From Utricularia gibba (Eukaryota > Plantae > Magnoliophyta): a DNA stretch of 64,000 bases. How positions within the stretch are numbered: position 1 is the first letter of the stretch; each line of letters opens with the position of its first letter. Below, piece by piece: positions 1-11,000 of the stretch. The translations under genes were made by a program, and so were the position numbers. The notes below the pieces were generated by a model, which was not told the DNA's origin, did no database searches, and saw only the letters and a list, made by a program, of their open reading frames with translations. Location of the stretch: assembly GCA_002189035.1 (NCBI GenBank), contig NEEC01000007.1:3162001-3226000 (forward strand), given 5' to 3'.

Positions 1-379
1 TTATACCAAAATATGTAATTTAAAAAATAAGCATGTTTTGAATAAAGTTTTATTTAATATATGATTATTTATAGTGTATTTTATAAGAATTTTTATAATT
101 TGATTTATATTTAATTTTACTAAAATACTCTGTCATTTTTAGTTAATTATTAGATATTATTATATATTAATCTAATGTTAAGTTATCCAATTTAGGATTT
201 ATATTAATAAATATTGTATTTCCTTAGAAAAATATTATTTTCCTATTTTGTATATATTTTCTGTCTTTTTTTCGTGCACTTTGACTAAGACATATCAGGA
301 GATTGTCGTGGGTCAGACTCTGACTTTTCGTGTCTTGTACATGATTTGGAACGATTGCGAATGGAAGATTGACACCAGT

Positions 380-2700
380 CAAGGCCTCTAATTTAGGGCA
401 TGTCAGAGTTTGCAGAAATGATTGAGTGCTCACTTATACGCAAAGGAAAGTTACTAGCACACGCAAGACCGAAGTAATGATGGAAAAGGGATTCAAAGGA
501 GTTAATGCATGTTGAGAGTGATATAAAAGCAATTTGAAGCAATCTATTTCGAACCTTTGCCATTTTCTTTCTAAACTTAAAACTTTTGAGTTCTTTCTTC
601 CCTCCAAGGAAGAAGAACACTTAGCTTTCATTTTCATTATGTTTTTACGACCCTTTGTAGCTAAAACCCTTAAGTTTCTGGGAGAAGATGAAGTTTCCTT
701 CCAAGTCTTGAGCAATACACTCGGTTCTTCGCTAAATTCATTTCGGATTCTGCATACACTCAGTTCCTCCCCTCCAATGCGTCTTATTACAGTCTTTCTG
801 TAATGACTCCAAGTCAAGGTCCATGAGCAGCAGGCTACTCCTCGTGGATTTTGGTGAAGATCAAGGTGAAGATCACCAACTCCAACCCTGCCGGTTTGAG
901 GGAAGTAGTGTATTGTTTGCGACCTAGGTACAGCGACAGTGGACAGGTTGTGATCTCAAACCTACCACTGGCCATTGGCAACAGATGGGTATACGTGCAC
1001 AATTCGGTTTTGAAGGCAATCGACGGCAATCTTCTTGTCTTCTTAATCATCCAAGGGGGAATCACGTGAGGCTATTCTTGTGCCTCCTTGTCAATCAAAG
1101 TGTAAGGGAGAGTAGGTTATTCCTTGCTCCTATAACCAGCTATTCGGAAGAAATAAGTAAAAATCAAGGTAAAGAAAGACAAAGGAAGGAAACGAAAAAA
1201 AATTTTACTTGGTGCCCATCACTTAGGTTATATATTTTATTTATGCATTTCACAAACACCCTTTTATAAAACCGTGACATTTTGTAGAAGTTTCTTACAA
1301 AACACTTTTCATGAAAAACAACTCTCTGAGATTAATACTTGTACTACGCTTTTTGGTGTTATACGTTTTAAATATTTAAAATTTGTTGAGTAAACGACAT
1401 GCAACACTCACATTTGAATATATTTTTATATAAATAGTGTGCTTCCAATTAACGAGAAAGATAGGTCTAAATATTGAATTTTTACAACCTTTCTACCATT
1501 TAAAAATTTTGATGGATACATTCAAATTAAGTTTATATATATATTTTTTTTCATTATGTTGTGGTTTAAAATCGGTTTAAGGGTAGTATCGCTGATGTTT
1601 AAGGGTAAATCAATAATTGGATGATTTACCAAGTGGCATTCCTATTTTGATATTTTGAAAGCGGTAAAGGTGGGGGTGAAGACTTTTTATATGAAAATCA
1701 TCATAATGAAAAACCATGAAGTTGAGGGAACTTACCGAAAGAAATTGGTTTTATTATGGAAAAAGGGAGAAAATTATAAGGGGCGACATGACTGCAGAAT
1801 ATGGAATCCTCGTCTCTTGAAGTGGAACTCGTATTTATAGGGGAGCCCACCTGACTGACTTTGAAAGAATCAGTAGCTTTCTACACATGACAGGATATGC
1901 TGGTCTGATTTGTGGTTCTACTTATAGATAACCAATGTCTGCTTGGAATTCCCGTAGGTCGGTGGCCGTTCATGCTATTATGAATTCCTACAACCATTGT
2001 AGATTGTCCATAACCTTTTCTTGCCCCCTTCAAAGCTGTATCCAACTTTCCGAGAACATTTGAGCCAACAAGATGATGACATACATTTGAAGAATATTAA
2101 GGATATTGTACAAGTGGATACTTTGGATATCAAGATTATTTCACTTGAACTAATAACGAGTAAGAGTAATAAGATTGAAGCAACACTCAAGTGTCTACTC
2201 AACAATATTGGATTACATATTGGATATAAAGGGTTGCCACTAAAAAAGTTTAACTACTTCAAAGTAGATCTATTTTAGGGCCCAAAACATGTTATCTTTG
2301 ATATTTGTTATTGGGCTTGTTAATCTTTCCTTTTTATTTGGTTAGGAATTACTAATGTTAGAACCCAATTCTAGAATCTAAATACTCTATAAACGTATTC
2401 TTTGAAAGACCTTTAACTTATTTCATAAATTTTATGAGGATTTTCCTCTTTTTTAAATGTTGGAACACTCTTAACTAATCAAGTTTTTGAACTTATGATG
2501 TCTGAAGATTATTACTTCTAATTACTTCTCTATATGAAATGTGGCTCCTTATTATCCCTTGTTTTAATAGACTGGTTGCAAGAGTTTTATTCTCTTAAAA
2601 GTAGATTTGGATGTGTTTCTTTCTAAGCACTAAATATTATAATTATGATTTGTGTTCACCTTCATAATTTCATTAGGATTTTTAATGTGAATGATTCTTA
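380..2700. mobile_element. Probable degenerate LTR-retrotransposon relics (unclassified)
   Basis: Moderately GC-rich, non-genic blocks with an LTR-like GTATTTATAG at ~1826 (TATAAATAC on the minus strand). A segment at ~2150-2200 translates as ELITSKSNKIEATLK, resembling the PITRS/RAKK tail at the 3' end of chromovirus elements. No intact domain was recognised. Confidence 0.25.
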
Positions 2701-3593
2701 TGACACTAGTAATATAGTATTAATGATGATTTTATTGAGAATCTTGATGCATCGGTTACTTGGGTAGTTTCATATAATCAAATGATAATTACAATCATTA
2801 ATGAATGGTTAGTTTGATTTGGCAAATGATAATTTTGCTTTCTGCCTACTATAAAATATATTTTTTATTGTCATTATCATCTTTTGAAATTTCTTTTGGC
2901 AAATGAACAGGTCGATTTGATAAGTAAAAATGATGAATTTGAATTGTTTATAGAAAGTGATTTATGCATTGACAATGATACCTTATATTCATGTTTTTCA
3001 TTGTTGAAATGAAATTATGTAATTTTTATATTTCATTGTTTTTTTTTCATGTATTATATTATTTTAAAATGCATATGATTCTACATGATGTCAAAGATAA
3101 GAAAAATAAATATTATTTAAATATGATTAAATAGAAATGATCATTTTTTCAATAAAAAACAAGTTATTTATCATAACCACTACTACAACATATGTAAAAA
3201 AATAAAATAAAATAGTGCATTTATTTAACACTACAAAATGAGAAAAATCATATTTATCTAATATTTCAAAAGTAATATCATTATAACATGAAAACTACAT
3301 ATTCATCTTCTTCAACATTGCATTCATCTCTTCTTTACCTTTATTCCTGAGGTTTAAAAATATATAAAGAGTTCGTTGATCTACCAAAATATCTTTCGTG
3401 ACCTCAACACGTTGCACCACATCCATATACGGAGACATTTGTGCTAAAATTGTAACAGCTTGTCTTTACTTCACATGCAAATCATGTTTGTATTTATTCT
3501 TATAGAAAGTTATTTGATTTGGGCTATCTAATTGTTCACACCATATGCAATGATAGTTATTAAATCTTATGTTGGATTAATATGATGTTTTCC

Positions 3594-5020
3594 TGATAAA
3601 TGGGAATTTCCTAATATCGTTGTAAATAAAAATAGAAAATCCGTATCAAATAAATTTATAGTCCCTAATCTACACAAAATACAAATTTAGAAAACTTGTA
3701 TAGTGGGTATCGGGGTTGATCACGAAGAGCTTGTACTTGCTAACTATTTTAGTAGATACAAGATTTCAGATAATAGTAGGTGTTAGTCTAAACTCGGACT
3801 AACAGTGGTAAACAAGTTCAGTAAACAAGGTAGGTAAGCAATATCAGGTTTCTACGCTAAGGTACCAGGTACTGGTTTTGACTCAAACTAATACGAGGAC
3901 GCCTTAAGGATCTGCGGGTGGTGTTATGCTAAGCTTCCTAACTTAATTTATTATCTTCCTACACTCACAACTTCAAATAACCTAAGTCTACCCAGGTCAT
4001 TCATGATATTTTTGGCTTAAGCTAGTCCCCAATATCATAACCAACATTGCAATTAGGTCTACCCGCATGCAAGTCATATAGAACTAGGTCTATCTGGTTC
4101 TATTGGTTCTACCCTGGACTAACACCGACTGATCTTATCTTAGTTTGTTGGTCTACCTCTAAACCAAGCATCTAAGTTGTGAAACTACTTGCTCCTCTCC
4201 TTAGGTCTACCCATGGTTTGATAGAAACATGAGTTAAGGAAGACAACTAAATTTCATCATCAACCTAAGCACATACCACCCGCTTTTCCTTAAGGCATCC
4301 CTAAGACTCTAGCCACTCATGCTTTGGAAATAAAACACGATTTCATTCATATAAGTTGGCCAAAATGGCAGAAACATTGTAAACAAGTAAAATGCAGAAA
4401 GTCGAAATGTTCAGAAAACTAGAAAGTAAATAAAGATTGTTCTTCCGCCCGTTAGCTACTGTTCACAGCCCGGAACAGTAGCACTGGACTGGGCTCCAGT
4501 GCTATTCTTGATGATGAAGGCGTTTCTTCCCCCTTCTGGTTGGTTTTTCGCGTTGGGGAAGAAGACCCCTTGCGTCCCCCGCCCCCCCCCCCCCCCCGGT
4601 CGCTTCACTTCTCGCTCTCTCCTCTTTTTCGAAAATAAATTTCCCCTTTCCTTCACTCCATTGCACTATTGCTGTCTGCCAGTACTGTTCCCGACCGCCA
4701 GCACTATTCTCGGCCTGAACTTGCAGACTGCGGTGACGGCAGAACAGTGCTCTTTGTCCTTCTCCGGATTTTGCACCCCTTTTTTGCTTGTTTTACACGT
4801 TTGCAAGTCTGATTTTCGGCTCATCTCCCTACTGAACTTACTGAAACATTAGTAACAAGAGTTGTGGACTAAATCAAAGGATTTAGTTCACTTTTCAACA
4901 TAATCACATAGGATTAACATAAACACCACTAGAGCATGAAAAAACACATTTATCTAACCTAAATCATGATAAAATATAGCTATTTTGTGTTATGAATTTT
5001 AGGAAAAATGTGTGTTATCA
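3594..5020 (-). repeat. Athila 3' LTR (1427 bp)
   Basis: Direct repeat of 13429-14849. About 37 substitutions counted by eye plus a net 6-bp length difference in a poly-C run (~97% identity). Confidence 0.95.
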
Positions 5021-5037
5021 CACTATGCTACAACGAC
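5021..5037 (-). other. tRNA-Asp 5'-end-like 17-mer at the position of the polypurine tract
   Basis: Minus strand reads GTCGTTGTAGCATAGTG immediately before the TG of the 3' LTR. Plant tRNA-Asp(GUC) begins GTCGTTGTAGTATAGTG (recalled), giving 16/17 identity. Confidence 0.8.
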
Positions 5038-5919
5038 ACGAGACTTGTCTCCAAGTCCTAGCTAAGACTAACAGGAAACTAACTTTGTCAGCGCCAATGA
5101 TAAACAGAAACAACTTTGACAAAATTCGGATGCGTGAGCTATAGGAGTGCTAGTGTGCATGTCATGTATCACTCAATGTGCATGAATAAATTTCCCTTTG
5201 GGAGTGTTTTCGAAGATTAATTCCTCAAGTTGATTCGTTCAAAACCGCTTAGGACTAGGGTTGCCAACTCTTTTCTTTCCTCTCTTTTTTTTCTTTTTTT
5301 GGTAGTGAAGGGCAGCTCGTTCTGGATTGATCCGAGCATAATGTCATGGCCTTTCTTGTGAAAGAGTGTTTGCCAAGCACCCAAACCTTATAACTCCAGG
5401 CCTCCTTCTACTCCTCCGGATCAATCCATCCCTCCTTACCCATTCACCACTGATTGAGTCCGCACATGCTTTTCTATTATGTGCTGCTTTTCAGGACTTT
5501 GATCTCAACATTTTTTTTTTCGGTACTGCTTTTCATTTCTTCTTTTTTTTTTCTAAGCTGGCAACCTGTCCCAAGACGATTATCAAGTCCATCAACTCAA
5601 TTTAAGCTAATCTAGATTACACTCCCTAGGTTCCTCTATTCATGCGCATGCTCTCATAAAATAGAAGGTAAAAACATGCTCCCAAGTATATAAAAGGCAT
5701 AGAAAGCTCTCACATCCAAATAATCTCATAGTTGTAATGTACAATCATGTGGCCATTCAAAGTAGTTCACTGACGGGAAACAAAACAGATAAGCAAGTTC
5801 TCGACTATTTCTAGCATAGACTAAAAGACACATACCCGAACAGCATCCTAAGTAAAAGTAAAACTAATAAATAAAAATAAAAATAAAATAAAACTACGCA
5901 AAATAAGTTCAGCAGCAAG

Positions 5920-7710
5920 TTACTTGCTCAGGGAGGAGTCTTTCACTCCCTGTTTCAATTCTTGCACTTCACGAATTAAATCAGACATTTTCTCATTCAA
6001 TTCTTTGATCGTTTCCGGGCAGCAGCATCCTGTGCTGTTGTGCTTGGAGGTTGCAAGAGCAGGGGCATTTGTGTTGCCTTCTTCAGGGATAGACTATCCG
6101 CAAAGACCTGCCAAAGATCTAAAAACAAACCCACTTCCTTGGGCTTCAATTAGTCTTGCCACTTTCAAGAAATATGCATCTAAAGGCATTGTCTTAGACT
6201 CAACATGAAAATATTCCAATTCAGACAGTTTCTCAAGGCATAAAGTATGAGCAATATGCGTAATAATGTTTCCAAAACTCAAATGTTGAATTTTTGTACG
6301 CCTATAGTCTCTAGTCATTTGCTCAGCAATCATGGCACCTAAGTTCAGGGATCGTTTGTTCATGATACACCACATAACAAATAATTCACGCTTATAAAGG
6401 GAATTAAATCCTACTGTTCGTCCAAAGAGGGTGGTGATAACAAGGATATGAACATAACGCATAATCGGATCAACAAACAAATCTGCCTTAGTCCCTTTTG
6501 CCTTAAACTCTATAGCATGCTGGTCGGTCAGAATCGCATAAATTTCCTCAGCATCAAATTCATCAGGATAATGAAAAAGGGATGCAGCAAACTCATGAGA
6601 ATCCACATCATTTTCTGAACAAAATCCTAGAGCTACGTTCCACTCAGCTAATGAAAAAGAAAATTCAATCCCCATTAACCTAAAAGAAATAGCAGCAGGG
6701 TCCAGCACAGTTTCAGGAATTTCATACACAAAAGTGGAAGCAAATTCATAAGAAAGTTCAATATATGCAGGGAATTTCATTTCAAATAAATTCATGAATG
6801 TTGTTCCTTCAAACAGGGAAGAAATTCTATCAGCAATTCCTAATTCTTCCAAAATATCATGATCAATATGACGACATGGTGTTACCTTTGCACCCTTGAC
6901 CTCACCGTACCGTTCAGCTTGCATTTCTTCTGTGAAAGTCAGGTATCGGGTGTTCAACATGTCTGCGTGATGCTTGAAGTATGGTATCCCCTTGCGCGTC
7001 ATTTGCCTATGAAATTTCTCCTTTTCATGCGCAAACTTCCCTGCTTTCAAATACAAAGGCACCAGTCAAGGTAAAAATTTATTTTTCTTAATTGCACCTT
7101 CATTTTCCTTTCCTGTTGTGCTTTTGAGTGGCTGCTCCTCTGCTTCCTCAATCTCCTCATTCTGATTTTCTTGATTTTTGCCCTCATTTCTGTCCATTAG
7201 ATTTTCTTCCTCAGCAGCTTGTTCTTCCTCTGGTCTCTCCATTTCATCTCCTGATTTTTCAGTGTTTTTCTCTGGAGCAGGTGTTGCTGGTTCTTGGGGC
7301 GTGACATCCTCTTCTTCAGGGGTAGGTTCGTCCAGTGGTACTCTCTGCTTTTTCTTCCTGCCCTTCCCTTTCTTCTTCTTCGTCAAGACTTGTGGCTCTA
7401 TCAGCAGTTCCTCCACTGGTGTTTTTCTTTTGTAGCTCTTCTGCATGTCTCTCAATCTTTGTTGGAGGCTGACATTGTCCATGTTGGTGTTGTCAGATGG
7501 TTCTCCCATTTGAGCGGCCTGAAGGATCACGTCCACTCCCTGGAAATTTTCTGCAGAGGCAACAGTAGGCAAATTTCCTTCTTCTAGGGTTGGAGCAGCA
7601 GTGATTTCTGCTTCTGCGGTTCCAGCACCTCCCTTTGGTTGATCCATTTGTATTTTCTTCCGGCTGGGTCTCTCCTTTGCGGCTTTTCTTCCACTTCTTG
7701 TTGCAGGCAT
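5920..7710 (-). pseudogene. Athila env-like/accessory ORF (~596 aa) interrupted by two in-frame stops
   Basis: ORFs 7066..7710, 6094..7062 and an open 5920..6093 tail share one frame, with TGA at 7068-7066 and TAG at 6096-6094. The product has a K/E-rich N-terminus, a central domain resembling ATHILA ORF-1/plant transposon protein, and a C-terminal coiled coil. A candidate splice acceptor TTACAG lies 13 nt upstream of the ATG. Confidence 0.75.
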
Positions 7711-7994
7711 GTTGTTTCTACCGCTGTAATTTCTCAGAAAAATTTACAAAAGAAACGGTTGAAGTGAGGAACAAAGAAACTGCTCCTCCAATTCATTTCA
7801 AGCTGCGGGGATGTTTCTGTCATTTCCTTGGGTTCGACTTCCCACTTCCCTCAACGGTTGAATTTTTATGTAACTCCTAATGCTTAATTTCCCTTGAGTT
7901 AAGCACCCATCCTTGCCCAGCAGCACAAAACATGGCAAAAATCCTAAAAAAACATTAAAACAGAAATAAAATGCATAAATTAAAAGAGTTAACC

Positions 7995-8030
7995 ATGGGT
8001 TGCTTCCCACAAGCGCCCTTGTTTAAAGTC
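7995..8030 (-). promoter_or_regulatory. Conserved Athila post-pol motif
   Basis: GACTTTAAACAAGGGCGCTTGTGGGAAGCAACCCAT lies just after the integrase stop. It resembles the recalled GCGCT..GGGAGGCAACCC motif of Athila elements and can fold as a hairpin. Confidence 0.5.
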
Positions 8031-8052
8031 TTAGACTCGACTTCTTGTGTGG

Positions 8053-11000
8053 CTACGTTTTTTGTGAATCCATCAGCTTGATCACCTCCAGACTTCCTGT
8101 GATCATGTTAGCATTTTCATAGAACATTTTTAATCTATGGCCATTTACCAAAAATCCCTTGTTTGAGTCTCCATCAAATATTTCTACAGCACCATTTGGA
8201 AAAATTTCCTTCACAATAAAAGGCGCTATCCATCTTGATTTCAGCTTCCCAGAATGCAATTTCAACCTGGATTGAAATAATAAGCATTTCTGGCCAATCT
8301 CGAAATTTCTCCTGGAAATGTGCGCGTCATGATATCTCTTAGTCCGAGCCTTGAATAGTTTTGAGCTCTCGTACGTGTCATTTCTCAACTCTTCCAGTTC
8401 CGAAAGCTGGAGTTTTCCTGTGGCTTGCACTAAGGTCTCTATCCAAATTTAACTTCTTCACAGCCCACCAGACCTTGTGCTCAAGAGCTGCTGGTAATCT
8501 ACAAGGCTTCCCATAGACCAACCAAAATGGAGAGGTTCCAATGGGAGTCTTGTATGCTGTCCGTATAACCCAAAGTGCATCTTTCAACCTCATGCTCCAG
8601 TCCCTTCTGCTTGGGTTCACAACTTTCTCTAGAATTTATTTGATTTCCCTGTTGGAGACTTCAATTTGTCTATTGGTTTGTGGATGATATGCTGTAGAAG
8701 GCTTGTACCAAACATTAAAATGATTCAAAACACTCCTTAAGGCCTGATTATAAAAATGTGTTCCCCTATCACTGATCAGTGCCTTAGGAGTCCCATATCT
8801 CGTGAAGATGTTGTTGCGCAAGAAATTAATCATAGTTTTTGCACCATCAGTCCTCGTAGGGATTGCCTCAATCCATTTGGACACATAATCAACAGTAACC
8901 AAAATATAATTGTAACCTGCTGAAGTAGGAAATGGTCCAACAAAATCTATACCCCATACATCAAATAATTCACATACCAGGATTCCTTGCTGGGGCATTT
9001 CATTTCGGTTTGATAAATTTCCTACCCTTTGGCATGGTTCACAACCTTTGCAATGAGCATAACAATCTCTGAAAATATGTAGCCAATAAAATCTGTAATC
9101 TAGAATTTTTCTTGCTGTTCTATTTGGTCCATGATGTCCATCAAAAGGTATTGCATGACAAGAATCAATTATTTTTGGAATTTCATTTTCATGAACACAC
9201 CTTCGAATGACACCATCATTGCATCTCTTCCATAAATATGGGTCATCCCATATGTAGTATTTGGCATCACTCTTAATCTTGTTCCTCGCATGATAGTCCA
9301 TTCCAGGTGGCATCACCCCTGTGGAAACAAAGTTTGCAAGATCAGCAAACCACGGTTCACATATACTAGTCTGAACTGAGAATAGCTGTTCATCCGGGAA
9401 CGTTTCAATAATGATTCCATCCCCTTCACTTCCTTCAATCCTGCTGAGATGATCAGCCACAAGGTTCTCCCTTCCAGGCCTGTCCTTTATCTCAACATCA
9501 AACTCTTGAACAAGAAGGACTCATCTAATGAGTCTTGGTTTGGAGTCCTTCTTCTCCATTAAGTGCTTCACCACCGAATGATCAGTGTACACCACCACCT
9601 TGCTACCTAAAAGATAAGAATGAAATTTTTTCAAAGCAAAAATAACAGCAAGAAATTCCCTTTCAGTGATGGTATAATTTTTCTGGGCCTCATCCAAAGT
9701 TTTCGAAGCATAAGAGATAACATGGTGCTTTCCTTCAATTTTCTGTCCCAAAACAGCACCCACAGCATGATTACTTGCATCATACATGATCTCAAAATCA
9801 TATTTCCAATCAGGTGGTTGCATAACAGGTGCAATAGTAACAGCCTTTTTTAAAGAATTAAAAGCTTGCTTACATGAATCATCAAAATCAAAGGCAATAT
9901 CATTATGCAACAACCTACTAAGAGGCAAGGCAATTTTCGAAAAATTCTTAATAAACTCCTATAAAAACTAACATGTCCTAAAAATGATCTAATACCTTTC
10001 ACATCAATAGGATAAGGAAGTTCAGACATAATCTCAATTTTTGCCTTATCTACCTCAATGCCTTTTTTAGAAATCACATGGCCTAAAACAATTCCATGAT
10101 CCACCATAAAATGACATTTTTCAAAATTTAAAACCAAATTCTTTTCCATACATTTCTTTAAAACCTGATCTAAATGGTCTAAGCATGACTCAAAATTCTC
10201 TCCATATACAGTAAAATCATCCATAAATATTTCAATAAAATCATCACCAAAATTAGAGAAAATACTAGTCATACACCTCTGAAATGTGGCTAGGGCATTA
10301 TATAATCCGAAGGGCATCCTCCTATATGCATAAGTTCCAAATGGGCATGTGAAGGTTGTCTTATCTTGGTCCTGTCCTGAAATAGGAACCTGATTATATC
10401 CAGAATATTCATCCAAAAAACAATAAAATGATTTTCCAGCCAATTTTTCCAACATTTGATCAATAAAGGGCAAAGGATAATGGTCTTTCTTTGTCACTTC
10501 ATTTAATTTTCGATAATCAATGCAAACGCACCATCCATTTTGCACCCTTTGTGGAACAAGCTCGCCTTTCTCATTCTCCACCACAGTCATCCCTGTCTTC
10601 TTTGGCACCACGTGAATGGGGCTCACCCATACACTACCTGTGATAGAGTAAATAATCCCTGCATCATGGAGTTTAACAATTTCTTTTCTTAACACCTCCA
10701 TCATGTTTGGGTTGAGGCGTCTTTGAGGTTGGCGAACTGGTTTTGCACAATCCTCCAGAAAAATTCTGTGCATGCATATGGATGGGCAGATCCCCTAAAT
10801 GTCATCAAGCGTCCAACCTATTGCTTTCTTGTTTCTGTTCAGGACCTCGAGCAGTTGCGACTCTTTGTCTGAGCTCAAACCAGTGGAGATGATAACCGGG
10901 TTCCTGAACTCTGCGTCAAGAAAAACGTATTTCAAATGATTAGGCAATGGTTTTAATTCAGCTAACCTCTCTTCCTGAGTGTTGGCTTGCACCACATTTA

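Noticed and set aside
5271-5300. Purine-rich tract (sense strand) as the element's PPT
   Set aside because: It lies ~250 bp from the LTR edge, so it cannot define the LTR boundary as a canonical PPT does. It could still be an auxiliary primer.
7060-7070. Programmed readthrough at TGA-CTG in the Athila accessory ORF (leaky UGA-C context)
   Set aside because: A second in-frame stop (TAG 6096-6094) lies in the same ORF, and both stops could be single transitions (from TGG or CAG) in an element with many such mutations. Nonsense decay is the simpler explanation unless sister copies share the TGA.
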